A DNA stretch of 61,414 bases, filler included, from Pirum gemmata (GCA_002812295.1; 19 parts of 19 records of this genome joined end to end with filler, not necessarily neighbours in it); one strand, 5' to 3'. Positions 1-13,520 are shown, counted from the first letter of the whole stretch. Numbers and translations: made by a program. The notes: generated by a model from the sequence alone, not told the origin.

Positions 1-321
1 AAAAAGTATCAAATTAATCAAACAATAATAAATAAATGAAATTAATAAATGAATAATAGACCCCATTATAATTTAAAATAATACGATATGAATAATAATA
101 ATATCAATAATAATATCTAATAATAATAATGATCTAGCTACTAGCTAGCTAGCTAGCTGGGGTTAGTCGAGGATAGCTAGGTTGTCTAGTAGTAGTAGAG
201 CTGTTGCTAGCTAGCTAGCTAGCTAGTATTGGCAACCTTTTGGCTCTTTTGGCACCATGATTCCAAGATATTCCAAGATATTCCAAGAGTATTCCAAGAG
301 TATTCCAAGAGTATTCCAAGA

Positions 322-430
322 GGAGGGATGAGATGACGTCATCTTACTAATTGGATGCTCGGACCGGCGAACTTCCAGAAATTTGCCTAAAGTTACTATA
401 AATAGTATAATAAACTCTTTTTAAAGTAAC
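322..430 (+). mobile_element. MITE family B (GGAGGGATGAGAT TIR), truncated by gap
   Basis: Near-identical to 24690-24800 and 43841-43930. Confidence 0.85.
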
Positions 431-474
431 NNNNNNNNNNNNNNNNNNNNNNNNNNNNNNNNNNNNNNNNNNNN

Positions 475-790
475 CTTATTGCATAATTAATATTAATTTG
501 GTATCAGGGAAACTATTGAATTTTAAAGTTGACCCATCCCATCCCCTAGCTAGCCCATCCCATAGACTACACTACCCTAGACTACTAGCTAGACCTAGAC
601 TAGCTAGCTAGACATGGCCACGGTCTACTAGCTTATTGCATAATTAATATTAATTTGGTATCAGGGAAACTATTGAATTTTAAAGTTGACCCATCCCATC
701 CCCTAGCTAGCCCATCCCATAGACTACACTACCCTAGACTACTAGCTAGACCTAGACTAGCTAGCTAGACATGGCCACGGTCTACTAGCT
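475..790. repeat. 158-bp exact tandem duplication next to a gap (probable assembly overlap)
   Basis: 475-632 matches 633-790, and the first copy starts at the edge of an N run. Confidence 0.8.
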
Positions 791-1019
791 AGCTAGCTAG
801 CTATCGATAATCTACAACTACACGATTGCATGCACAACGCTTTTTTTTTTACACCAAGAGTAGTACTGTCTACAGAGCACAGACTCTACACCCAAGCCCG
901 ATAAAAAATGGCGACATCTGTCATATGAGCTCAAAATAGTCTCAAAATCCAAAAACTCAAAATAAACCAATTTAAACAAAAGTACTAACAATTTTTGAGG
1001 AATTATTTATAAATATCAA

Positions 1020-1058
<39 letters not shown>

Positions 1059-1154
1059 AAGTCTATGTATAAAAATAAAAAAACATCAACAACATCATCA
1101 ACAACAAGAGTACACAACACCAACAACAAGAGTTACACAACAACAATAATAACC

Positions 1155-1196
<42 letters not shown>

Positions 1197-1681
1197 CAAC
1201 AACAACAACAATTAAATAACAATAGAAACGACACAACATTATTAGTAATAAACAACAATAACATAATCAACAAACACCAATTACATGGATCGAAATCAAA
1301 TTAAATTCGAATTAACCCCAACTTCAAAAACCCTGACGCTAATCTCAGTCTTAACACTCATCCAGAACAATCAATTTCAACCTAACGTCTGAAAGGAAGA
1401 AACTACTTTTACTGTATATTGAAATCTAATTATGTTCAAAAATACGTTTCAGGTTATTATTATTATTATTATTNNNNNNNNNNNNNNNNNNNNNNNNNNN
1501 NNNNNNNNNNNNNNNNNNNNNNNNNNNNNNNNNNNNNNNNNNNNNNNNNNNNNNNNNNNNNNNNNNNNNNNNNNNNGTTGGTTGGTTGGTTGGTTGGTTT
1601 GTATGTATGTTTGTTTGTTTGTTTGATTTGTTTGTTTGTTTGTTTGTTTGTTTTTATGTTTGTTTTTGTTTCTTTGTTTGT

Positions 1682-1725
<44 letters not shown>

Positions 1726-1824
1726 TAATAATAATACTAATAATAATAATGATAATAATACTAATACTAATACTAATACTACTACTAAAATTAACATTAC
1801 TACTACTACTACTACTACTACTAC

Positions 1825-1861
<37 letters not shown>

Positions 1862-1983
1862 TAACAATAATAATAATAAAAATAACCACAATAACCACCA
1901 CTACCACCATACAACAACAACAACAACAATAATAAAAATAATTATAATAACATTTTATTATCATTTTAATAAAAATATAATAG

Positions 1984-2247
1984 AATCCACGATATGAATT
2001 CTGGTCCCATAATTTTGTATTTTGTACTCCCAAAATTAAATCTTTATTTGACTCGGTCCACGAGTCCGTTCGACACTCTTGTATGTTTACCCAGCGAGCC
2101 CAGGGTCAACAAGTTACTAGCCAACCATCAGCCCTATCACAACAACAAACTATACCAAACACTGAAAACAACAACAGTAACAATAACAATAAAAATAACA
2201 ATAATACAAAAACACAAACACAAACAACACCGCAAGCTACTGTTTAA
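1984..2247 (+). CDS. CNOT1: Terminal exon of CCR4-NOT subunit NOT1/CNOT1
   Basis: After acceptor TAG (1981-1983) the frame reads NPRYEFWSHNFVFCTPKIKSLFDSVHESVRHSCMFTQRAQGQQV...TPQATV*. This matches the recalled NOT1 C-terminus (LIK-NPxxxFWxxxFVxCxPEIxxLFxSV..C). The ORF track calls the wrong frame (1994..2275). Confidence 0.85.
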   Translation, partial: NPRYEFWSHNFVFCTPKIKSLFDSVHESVRHSCMFTQRAQGQQVTSQPSALSQQQTIPNTENNNSNNNNKNNNNTKTQTQTTPQATV

Positions 2248-2995
2248 TTTCAATAGCAAACCACAACAACAGTGACAACAATAATAACAATAACAATAAC
2301 AATAACACAAAAACACAAAATGCTACGTCAGCTACTAATAGCAAATTATTCCAAATATTGAAAACAACAATTTACTGATAATTAGTATAATATATACCGT
2401 TAGTTTTTTTAAAAATATTTCAAACGACCAAAATAGAAATTTAGGTGATTAATATAGTAATTTCAAACTACCAAATATAGTAATTTCAAACGACCAAAAT
2501 AGCAATTTAGATGATTAATATTGTAATTTTGTATCTAAAGCCCATATTTAGTAATTGAGGTGACTAATATAGTAATTGTGTATTAAATCATTCAGAATAG
2601 AAATTTAGTTACTATATATAGTAATAGTGATATACTTTTTTTTTAGAGTCTCCCCACCCCCAATAAATAAATAAATAAAAAACATTTGTGTGATGAAAAA
2701 TTACAGAATTTATTTCTTTTTTTTTAAAAAAAAAAATGTAGAACTTCAGGATATAAATGTTAGGTGTGGGAATGGGTAGAATATTTATAATTGTAATAAT
2801 AGTAATAATAGTAATAATAATAATAACAATAATGATAATAATAATAATAGAATCTTTTTTAAAACTTCGTTTCTATATTATTTATTTGTTTATTAATCAC
2901 TTCCTTTTAGAGAATTCGTAAACGGTTTCATTTTCTTTATAAACCATTTGTACACATTATCATTATCATTATCATTATTATATATCATTATTATT

Positions 2996-3366
2996 GGTTG
3001 GGGTTGGGGTTAGGGTTAGGGTTAGGGTCAAGGTTAGGATTGGGATTAGGATTAGGATTATATTGGTTAGGGTTGGGGTTAGGGTTGGAGTTAGGGTTGA
3101 AGTTGGGGTTGGGGTTAGGGTCGGGGGTTAAAGTTAAGAGTTATAGTAAAGGTTAAGGTTAGGGACAAAGTTAGGGTTAGAGTGTGAGTTTAGGGTCAGG
3201 GTTAGGGTTAGAGTGAGAGTTTAGGGTCAGGGTTAGGGTTAGGGTTAAAGTCAAGGTAAGGGTTAAGGACAAGGTCAGTGTCAGGGTTAAGGTTAGGGTT
3301 AGGGTTAGGGTTAGGGTTAGGGTTAGGGTTAGGGTTAGGGTTAGGGTTAGGTTAGGGTTAGGGTTA
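2996..3366 (+). repeat. Interstitial telomere-like (TTAGGG)n tract, degenerate grading into perfect
   Basis: Perfect TTAGGG run at ~3290-3365, preceded by variants (TTGGGG, TCAGGG, TTAAGG). Confidence 0.95.
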
Positions 3367-3369
3367 TAG

Positions 3370-3735
3370 TTAATATTAAATACACATTTTATTAATGTGT
3401 TTACTTGTTCTATAATCTCGGTGGTTTGGATAATATGAACATTAGTGATCATTTTTTTTTTAGTTACTCTTTGATTATTTATTTGTGACTTAATATTAAA
3501 TACACATTTTATTAATGTGTTTACTTGTTCTATAATCTCGGTGGTTTGGATAATATGAACATTAGTGATCATTTTTTTTATTGTTACTCTTTGATTATTT
3601 ATTTGTGACTTAATATTAAATACACGTTTTATTAATGTGTTTACTTGTTCTATAATCTCGGTGGTTTGGATAATATGAACATTAGTGATCATTTTTTTTA
3701 TTGTTACTCTTTGATTATTTATTTGTGACTTAATA
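3370..3735. repeat. 120-bp tandem repeat, 3 copies
   Basis: The unit TTAATATTAAATACACATTTT...ATTTGTGAC repeats at 120-bp period and abuts the telomere-like tract. Confidence 0.95.
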
Positions 3736-4095
3736 TATATATAAATGTGATTATTTAACTTAAAAACTAAATAATAAAACATACCGAATTATCTAGTTTG
3801 CATCAAATAGCTTCATATACTCTATATATTATTTATTTTGATATTTTTGTTTATGTACATTTTTATGACAAATGGCAGTCTAGCTAGTTAGTTGTTTTGG
3901 CTGGATTAAAAAGAACCAAATTAAAACAATATAAATCCGTTTCATTTTATTTGGTATATTTTATTATTTACTTCTTTATTTAAAATGTCATTTCAAATGT
4001 TATAACCTACCAAATAAATGTTTAGAGTGACAAAATAAACAAATTATGAGACCTACACAATTCTACCATGAGACTACTATTACTACTACTACTAT

Positions 4096-4134
<39 letters not shown>

Positions 4135-4278
4135 AGGGTTATGGTTAGGGTTATGGTTAGGGTTATGGTTAGGGTTATGGTTATATAGTAGTAGTAGTAG
4201 TCTGATTACTAGTACTATTAATACTCATAGTCTGACTACTACTACTAGTACTACTATAACTACTACTACTATATATAG

Positions 4279-4320
<42 letters not shown>

Positions 4321-4359
4321 TCACTACTACTACTACTACTACTATAGCTACTACTATCG

Positions 4360-4457
<98 letters not shown>

Positions 4458-4596
4458 TTACTATAGCTNNNNNNNNNNNNNNNNNNNNNNNNNNNNNNNN
4501 NNNNNNNNNNNNTTAATTAATTAANNNNNNNNNNNNNNNNNNNNNNNNNNNNNNNNNNNNNNNNNNNNATCATTATTATATTAATTATTATCTTTA

Positions 4597-4630
<34 letters not shown>

Positions 4631-4662
4631 CATTATCATTAATCATTATCATTATCATTATC

Positions 4663-4697
<35 letters not shown>

Positions 4698-5103
4698 CAT
4701 TATCATTAATCATTATCATTATCATTATCATTATCATTATCATTATCATTAATCATTATCATTATCATCATTATTATTATTATTATTATCATTATTATTA
4801 TTTACCCTTTAAATTTATTAATATTAAAATATTATTTTAATTAATTAACCCTATACATGTTAGATCTTATTAAAATGCCCAAAATGCCCAAAATAATATT
4901 ATTGATATATAATAAAAAGTTAATTATTAACACTTTAAGTACAATATATAAACACAGTTAATATTTTGGTAAAAAAGTTATTTTCTAACTTACTACTGTA
5001 CACGTGGATGTTTTTGGTGACTTACCCAGCCAGATATTTGGCTCAAAAAATATTCCAACAACTTTAAATTTCTCTCCTCATCAACATTATATTTTTAACT
5101 TCT

Positions 5104-5847
5104 TTATATTCTGTTGAATTCAGTATAAAGTCCACCTTTGAAACTTGGATATCTCTCTCTTTCTAGTATAAAGTCCACCTTTGAAACTTGGATATCTCTT
5201 TCTTTCTTTATCTTTTTCCAACCGAACATTTTTTCTAGCATATGGCCATTAGTAATAATGACAGATTTACCATTATTTGTTACCCTCATTTCAGTTACAC
5301 AATCACCAAAACATGAGATTGCACGTTATTCTAAAAACAGAGGTAAGCCAGTTTTCGTGTAATTGTTTTCATCTCCATCCTTAATTCTACGTAATATTCT
5401 TTCTACTACCAAAGCAACATGATAATCGAATGATTGGTAGCACCCTTTCTTGTGTACTCTGCACACAACAAAATTCTTCGGTAGGCCCTCTATCTGGGGG
5501 CCGAAACTGTTCGAAGTCAGTTTTCTAGCATATCCTTGCCAAAAAAATGTATTAGGGATCGGGAGTTTGAGTTTATATTTAGTTAAATGTGCCAAGGGCA
5601 CAATCAAACCCACTCCCGAATTATTACCTTGAATAGTAGTTGCTGTTTCTGCTTCATCTGACGAAGTGATTTGATAAGCAACTTTAAGACAGATAGATAT
5701 AATATTAATATCTTCGTGCTCAGATTGCGTAACTAATGTCTGTGGCTGCCTGGCACCAGTATTGGTGTTAGGTTTATCCTCGGAATGTTCCCAACGATGA
5801 ATAAACCTATTAAGCATTTTCCCATTCCATACTTTAATTGAATGCAT
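5104..5847 (-). pseudogene. Degraded coding sequence of unknown family with an in-frame TAA
   Basis: Coding-like composition. ORF 5326..6018 and ORF 5104..5289 share a frame and are separated only by TAA at 5326-5328 (…PLFLE*RAISCFGDCVTEMRV…). There is a ~40-bp duplication at 5122-5200. Confidence 0.5.
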
Positions 5848-6502
5848 TTTAAATTTTATAAACTCGATTTTCTTACCTTGATTAGCGCTATAGCCATACA
5901 CACATAATATTATATTATATATTATATATATAATCAATATAATATAGAATATAATAATAATTATACGCTTAAAATATCGATAATCAAATACTAAAACCGC
6001 AAAAACAGTAATGCGCATATCACATTAACTAAATCACTCCACACGCTCCATATATATAGCTATACATATGATCACCACGATTTCTAGACCTATATATACA
6101 ATACACATATATATAATTATAGTTAATTATAACCAACCCTAAGTGTTAAAACAGTCCTGACCAGTCCCTAATTATAACCTCGAGCTCTATCTCTAAACAG
6201 ACCATAACCCTTGTTCAATACCCCTATACTATAGCTAGCTAGTACGGAATAGTAATCCATAACGATGGGTCATGCTTTATAAGCCTAAAATCTTAAAACT
6301 GTATTATTATTATATATAATACTGATATTATAATACAGTAATTTATTCTTTTTTATTATAAGTACTAGCTAGTATTACATATATATTAAAATTTTAGTGA
6401 CTAATAAGTTTCATTGTTATTTTCAGTAAGTTTCCACTCAATCCCTAACAACATCCTGTATACACATGTACATGTTTTTTAAAAATCCGCGATCCGGATC
6501 CC

Positions 6503-6753
6503 TATCGTGCTTTTCAGTTATTTTGTCATGATTATAATTTTATAAATTTAAAATATATACAATATTAAGTACCAAACTGTACCAGATTACTACTATATAT
6601 GAATCTCTTTATACATTTTAAATTAATTATGTATTCGTATGTTTATTATTTACTTTTTATTTTTTTTAAAAAAATAAAGTTTTAACAACTTTTATAAGTT
6701 TGAAAGTACCAAATAATTAAATAAACAAAGTGACAAAATAAATGAACACTCGA
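6503..6753 (+). mobile_element. Longer variant of MITE family A
   Basis: Family A TIRs (TCGTGCTTTTCAGTTATTTTGTCA ... TGACAAAATAAATGAA) with a different interior. Confidence 0.65.
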
Positions 6754-7812
6754 CCTTTAAATTATTTAGAAACAGCCCGTATTATATTTATAACTATATA
6801 TTTATGATATTTATTATGATAAATATTATAATAAATGAACTACAATCCCCCCAAAGACTCGATTAGAGCCATATAATTAATAATATAATATATATTATTA
6901 TACTTTACATTAAGATGTTTTTGTAATTTACGTGATCGGGGAGATAAAGCTGGAGAAACTAATTTTTCTGTGTCTCCAATATCCGCTTCTTCACCATCAT
7001 TAATATTTTATGCATTCATTTAAATAAAATTAATGTGTTATTGACTTATTATATATTTTATGATGGAAAATTGACATTTATACAATGTCATCATAATGAT
7101 GTATATATATTATACATTGTTTGTTATAAATAATGTCGCTCAATTTTAAGGAAACACTAATTTTATAATTACACTTTTTATTGTATTAATATTGATATGC
7201 ACACGTATTAATATATAAACATATGGGTGTATGTCATGGCATATGATATATGAGTTTATATGATACGTTTTATGATAAATAGAGGTCTACTAACTAGTAG
7301 ACTAGTACTACTACTAGCTAACTGAGATGGTCTAATAGTGTCTGATTTAATTTTATATGATAATATTAATATAAATTTTATATTATGATGATATGTTGAT
7401 AACTGTCTAGTCTAGTAGCATAGTGGCATGTTGATAAAATTTAAAAAATTAAAATAATAATTTTTTGTATTATGCGTATTATGCAGATGTATTATGATAA
7501 ATTTAAAAAAAAAAAATAATATAAAAAAAAAATTTTAATTTTTTTTTTTTTTTTNNNNNNNNNNNNNNNNNNNNNNNNNNNNNNNNNNNNNNNNNNNNTT
7601 AATTAATTAANNNNNNNNNNNNNNNNNNNNNNNNNNNNNNNNNNNNNNNNNNNNAATAATAATAATAATAGTAATAAATAATAATGATAATTATGCATAA
7701 ATAAGTAACAAAAAGTATAAATTAAAAAACATACTAGAGTAACAATACATAAATAAAACAAACAAACAATGATAATAAAAAAAATTAATTATAAATTAAA
7801 ATAATTTCCAAA

Positions 7813-8844
7813 ATGAGGTTACTACTGTTGTTCTTATCACTATTGCATGAATCGGCCGTGGTGGTTTCTAATGATGTCACATATAATGTAGCAACATTGA
7901 TTTCAGTAGCAACAACTAATGTAACCACCACCACCACCACAGCAGCAAGAATATCAACCATCACAAAATCAATTCTACCTTCAATAAACAATACCAACAA
8001 TACCAACAATACCAACAATACCAACAATACCAACAATACCAACAATACCAACAGGAACATCACCTCAATTTATCTTTACAAAAACAATTGCGAGGGAGAT
8101 AGCATTATTTCCATATTCGACAGGTTAGAGTCATGTCAATATGCAAACAAAATGAACAATCAACACTATGTGAACTACGCTCATCAGCAAAACTTCAAAA
8201 CCATTAGCAGTGCTCATTTAATAGTAAGTGCCTTTTTTGTCGACATAGAAGCTTGTTTACGTGGCAAACAACGAATAGAAAACGACCTTCCTTTTAACTT
8301 TGAGTTTAAGGGTAATAAAGTAATTTCTTATTTTAAGTTACATATTAATAACCAATGCAACGTCTTTAATAAAAAGGAAAACAAACTAACAGATTGGTAT
8401 AAAACGAGTAATGTTACTAATATCACTGATTTAGAAAGGTGGAATGTTGTTTTTGATAGTTTTAATATGTATCGTGCTCAAGTGCATGATTACAATCGTC
8501 ACAATGATGAATCTGAAAGTAAATCTAGTAATGTGGTTACAATTGTATTGGTCGTATTACTTAGTGTGGGGTTTGTTATTGTAGCTCTGGTGGTGTTACA
8601 AGTAGTGTTATATCAAAAACAAGTTAAACGAAGAATGGACGTCATTGTTAAATGCAAACTCGGCGGTGTGCAACATTTTACAATTGACCCGATTACAAAC
8701 CTTGGAATGTGTAGAAATTGCCTGACCCCCGAAGAGTTTTGCAAAGTTAATAATACCCCCATTAATATTGTTATTATATCAGATTTGGAATATACAAAAA
8801 ACTCCAACGTTGAAACCGAACAACAATATCTTGGATATTCATAA
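7813..8844 (+). CDS. Type I membrane glycoprotein, uncharacterised (343 aa)
   Basis: Signal peptide MRLLLLFLSLL, Thr/(NNT)n stalk, Cys-containing ectodomain, one TM helix (VVTIVLVVLLSVGFVIVALVVL) and a Cys-rich cytoplasmic tail. Confidence 0.85.
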   Translation: MRLLLLFLSLLHESAVVVSNDVTYNVATLISVATTNVTTTTTTAARISTITKSILPSINNTNNTNNTNNTNNTNNTNNTNRNITSIYLYKNNCEGDSIISIFDRLESCQYANKMNNQHYVNYAHQQNFKTISSAHLIVSAFFVDIEACLRGKQRIENDLPFNFEFKGNKVISYFKLHINNQCNVFNKKENKLTDWYKTSNVTNITDLERWNVVFDSFNMYRAQVHDYNRHNDESESKSSNVVTIVLVVLLSVGFVIVALVVLQVVLYQKQVKRRMDVIVKCKLGGVQHFTIDPITNLGMCRNCLTPEEFCKVNNTPINIVIISDLEYTKNSNVETEQQYLGYS

Positions 8845-9116
8845 TGATTATAATTACGTATACAGTAATTAGAATTAATAATAATTTAAAAAATAATTAT
8901 GAAAAGGAAAAAAGTTGTTATTATATTGTATTAAAGTAACGGAACAGTAATCAATATTTCAACATAGGGACTAATGTATAGGGCTAACTAGTACGGATGA
9001 CGATTTTATTCTACATCGATTCAGAATTCCCTCTCAAAATTAAATTACTAATTATTGGAAGTCTAAGAGTAGTTATGACGTTTCTTGAGTGCTCTCATAC
9101 AACCAAAAAATGGTAA

Positions 9117-9268
9117 TACAGCGCTTTTCATTTATTTTGTTACTCTGAATATTTATTTGGTTGGTTATAATTTTTCAATCGACATTGTTAAATGAATAAA
9201 TGGATAATAAAATATACCAAATTAAATGAAATGGATTTATATTGACAAGACAACTGATAAGCACGATA
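9117..9268 (-). mobile_element. MITE family A, internally deleted
   Basis: TA-CAGCGCTTTTCATTTATTTTGT ... GACAACTGATAAGCACGA-TA. Confidence 0.8.
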
Positions 9269-10371
9269 CTATAGAGAATCCATGAGAGGGATATTTACTT
9301 TTCCTCTACCTGAAACGTTAGAAAAAAAAAAATTTATTGTGACGTCATCCGTGCTAGCCTAGCTGGAGGATTCCTTGCAAATTCATAAATTATATTATAT
9401 TATATTTTATTTTATTTTATTTTTTATTTTTTAATTTATATTTATTATTTATTTTTTAATTTATATGCATATGTATAAAAGAAAAATATTATATGGTTTT
9501 ATATTGTACTTGAGTTTATGTATTGATATAAGCATTTCCTGAGAATCCCAGAAAATTCTGGGATGTTAATGTGACGATTTGATTATACTATATTATATAC
9601 CGGGAATTGCGGAAATTCAAAGCCGGGAAATATCAGGAGAAAATGTTTCGAAATGACATAGCATTTTGTTGTATCTAAAGGGTAAATGGGGATTTTAGCT
9701 TCAAGTTCTAAGTTCTACGGCACTAGAGAACTCTATTGCAAATCGACGTTTTTGAAAGAAAGTAAATTATTATTGTGTTAATTATTAACATACCAAATTA
9801 CTTAACTTGTATCGATCACTAAATATGTAATAGGAAATTCGGTAGATTTTATTATCACTTTTTTTTTGGACAACAAAAGCGATTAAAATACAGCTGGACA
9901 CGATGCCAAATAGGGTAATCCAAATCCAAATTCTTCTAAAACCAACCGAATATCATATTTTGTCTGTTTTGCACTAAATCCATCCAATTATTAATTTGAA
10001 AACACCAGCGCAGAAATACTCAGCGGGATAACCTACTACGGGAGATTACTTAATACCGGAAGATTGATTACTTTACACCCGGAGATTACATAATACTGGA
10101 AGTACTCAGGGTTAAGTTACCGCCACAACTAAAACCCATCTCAATTAAGAGATCAATACTAATACGGATAACGTCACAATATATATATATATATATATGG
10201 TAGTCGTTCTCAAAATCCACAATAATTCATAATGATATCCTACGGTGAGGTCGATGCTCAAGGAAAATAGGGTTTTTTATTAATTATATTACAATATTTG
10301 AAGTGAAAATTGAGTGATTGTATACGTCACTACTCCTCTCACTCCTTCTGAATATTTCCAAATATAGTATT

Positions 10372-10411
<40 letters not shown>

Positions 10412-10801
10412 CCCTATTTAACATTAATAATATGTTTATATTATAGTACATGGAACCCTAACTAGAAGTACCTTTAGAATACAAAAAGAGTAGGTGGTAG
10501 TCAAGCTGATTGTTGTGTTCGATATTTGCTTTGTTATACGATATGCCTCCTCAATAGTTGCATGTTCGAAAATATGCAACTTCGAGTTTTTTGAACAGAA
10601 CCCACCCATTCACGATGCACATTCTATAATATTTAACCAATATATAGACTGGTTATTGTTTGCAACATGTTTTTCACTGACTATTGTTTTATATAAAGCT
10701 TCTAAAAACAACATTTATNGCATTTATATATCTGGAAGTATGACTAGTGACTGGTGTAAAAATATTATACCCCACGCCACTTTCATCGCAGGCAAATATC
10801 A

Positions 10802-10977
10802 TAATGCTTTTCAGTTGTTTTGTCATCATAAAATAAACAATAAATTAATACAATATAAATCTATTTAATTTAATTTGGTATATTCTATTATCTATATATT
10901 GATTTAAAAATGCCAATTTAAATGTTATAACCCTCCAAATAAATATTCAAAGTGATAAAATAAAGAAAAGCACGATA
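10802..10977 (+). mobile_element. MITE family A copy
   Basis: TIRs plus the conserved interior ATATAAATC(C/T)ATTT(A/C)ATTTAATTTGGTATAT. Confidence 0.85.
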
Positions 10978-11174
10978 GGCAATAAATCATAATAAACCAT
11001 TGTCAGTTTGAAGAATATTCTAAAATCTGCTGGAGTAACACCCCTGTTTGTTATGCTAATAATCATAAATAAATAAATCAAGTTATTCATATAGAGAAAT
11101 TTGATTTTATCTTTATTATTTGACTAAAACGATGATGATAATGATAATAATTAATGTTAGTCTACTATTACTGC

Positions 11175-11207
<33 letters not shown>

Positions 11208-13162
11208 TACTACTACTACTACTACTANNNNNNNNNNNNNNNNNNNNNNNNNNNNNNNNNNNNNNNNNNNNTTAATTAATTAANNNNNNNNNNNNNNNNN
11301 NNNNNNNNNNNNNNNNNNNNNNNNNNNCAAATCCTTCAAAAAAATAAACCGAACATTATTCAATTTTTTTTAAGTTTTTTTTTTTTTTTTTTAAATTTTT
11401 TTTTAAAAAAAATATTATTATCGGACAAACTCTGTAGGATACTATGATACCTAGCTAGTAGGATCCTAGACAGATGTAGGATCCTTAAAAAAGAAGAATA
11501 TTATTGGTTGAAAGTTCCAAAAGCTCACATCGGATAGCCTATCGGATAGCAGCATCGGATAGTTCTAGCGAAAATCTATTATTAGCGTAACAAAGCAATG
11601 GAAAGCATAAATCTAGTAATAGTGATTATTACGATAAAAACTACACTATCATACCAGAGTATACCATAATATCATAATATTATGCAGACTTCCACTTTTT
11701 TTTTTGCTTTTTTCTATGGCTTTTTTATTTTATTTTATTTTTTAAAAAAATAATGACAAAGTAACTTATTATTTTTTTCAATATTAATAAAACGAAAAAA
11801 AAAAGTCACATTATTACTATATATTATTAATTATTATTAATACTATTTGTTTCTAATAATAATTTATACTATTTTTTAAAAAAACTACTATTATTACTAG
11901 GCCTCAGCGAGGGCAAAGTGATACAAACTGTTAAGGTCATGCGCATTTGGAAAATACTACTAAATTTAAAAATATCGCACCCAGTCAGATTTAGATTATT
12001 ATTAAAATACGCCATTTTTGTAAAATATTACTATTTTAAGTAACTAAATAGCAAATAGCTCCTTTTTAGATAAAAAGACACCAATAAAGTTTGGATGGGC
12101 TAAGGTTACCACTTTGCAGTACTTTGCAGTACTTTGCTATAATTCATGTTGAGCATTATAATTAGCTATATTATAATAGCAATATTAATATCATATAAAA
12201 AGTCTTGTGATTACACATTATTATTATATTTGTTATAATATATAAACACCAATATTCGTTTATTAATTTTTATTATAGTTATTGATTTTACTGTTATTTT
12301 ATATTGAGATATAATGGCATTGTATGAATATTGAGGTTAAAATATAGTAAAATGATGTTATGGTCAACGTTTCAACATTTCTATTCACGTTTTAAAGTAA
12401 TATTTGTTCAAATTCATTATTTAGAAATAGATAAAATTCATCCCAACCAAAGCAATTTTTTGAACCGAGAACAAAGCTCAAGAGGTTACAATTATTATAT
12501 TTATTACGATTCCGTAATTATTATTAGGTATAATATTAATATTATATATTATATACATTATATAATTATATATAGTTATATATATTACACATTGCTATAT
12601 TATTAAAGGTGTCATGAAATTTATTTAATTATCGTTTTGGCTAGCATAGTATAATGGAAAGTTGTAAAAAACAAAAAACAAAAAATAACAAAATTGTCTT
12701 TTTGGCTATCATATAATGCATGCAAAGTTGAAAAAAAAAAAAACTAAAAAAACAAAAAAAAATGTAATATTATCGCAGGAATAGATCTTTTTAATAAAAT
12801 TGTTTTTCATTTATTTATAAAAAAGGAAGTTCAATGAGAGAGTGGAAGCTTTTTTTTTTTTTTTATGACCAAATATATATACAGTGATATAACAACATAA
12901 TATTATACAGTAGTTTTTATACTGTTTATTTCTAAAGGTATACAAAAATATGTTTTTTTCTAAACTTTGATCGAAGATAGGTCTGCTCTCTAGGGTCTAG
13001 CTGGCTAATCTACCGAGGTTTTTTTGCTTATCTCTTCCTCCTTTTTTATTATTTACTAAAGACTTCAAGTCCTTGTATGTATTTATTATGATATTCTACA
13101 ATCTACATAGTTAACGCTGTAAGTTTTTTACGCTCGAATAAAATACTATCTGCATATATATT

Positions 13163-13372
13163 GTGTTTTTCAATAGTGTTATCCAATACTAGTCTTGTCT
13201 AATTCCAAAACTGAAATAAACGTATTATACCAAATTTTTATTATGGTTAAACTATCAGACATGTTTTAATAAATTTTGTACTAAGTCTTTATACTTATTC
13301 ATATATATTGTATTTTATAAACAAGTTCAATTATGCACTTAAACAGTATCGAATTAAAGATTGAGAGGACAA
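13163..13372 (+). mobile_element. Dispersed repeat family F (MITE-like; related copies 37445-37615 inverted, ~54446-54603, fragment 32139-32178)
   Basis: Shared TGTTTTTCAATAGTG start, AAGTTCAATTAT core and AATTAAAGATTGAGAGGACAA block. Confidence 0.6.
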
Positions 13373-13520
13373 ATCCTTCAAAAAAATAAACCGAACATTA
13401 TTCAATTTTTTTTAAGTTTTTTTTTTTTTTTTTTGGTAATGTTGATATCTTGATATTTTGAATAGGGCTGGCTCACTGGGCAACTCTAACAAAAACAAGA
13501 CTTTCTAAAAACAAAGGTTC

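Noticed and set aside
1065..2033. Poly-T/N/I/L/Y ORFs here and at 4046, 21435-21726, 24056, 25541, 26641-26900, 34127, 41528-41936, 48627-49037, 51819-53985
   Set aside because: They are translations of microsatellites and N gaps.
1994..2275. 93-aa ORF from the track
   Set aside because: Wrong frame. The overlapping frame starting at 1984 is the NOT1 exon.
2996..3366. True chromosome end
   Set aside because: It is flanked by non-telomeric sequence on both sides.
3177..3782. 201-aa repeat protein
   Set aside because: It is made of the 120-bp tandem repeat plus the telomeric tract, with no coding evidence.
5326..5328. TAA reassignment (alternative genetic code)
   Set aside because: Long conserved ORFs contain no internal TAA/TAG and terminate at TAA or TAG.
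9535..9650. STAT-like TTC..GAA site cluster
   Set aside because: The motifs are short and degenerate, with no linked gene or conservation evidence.
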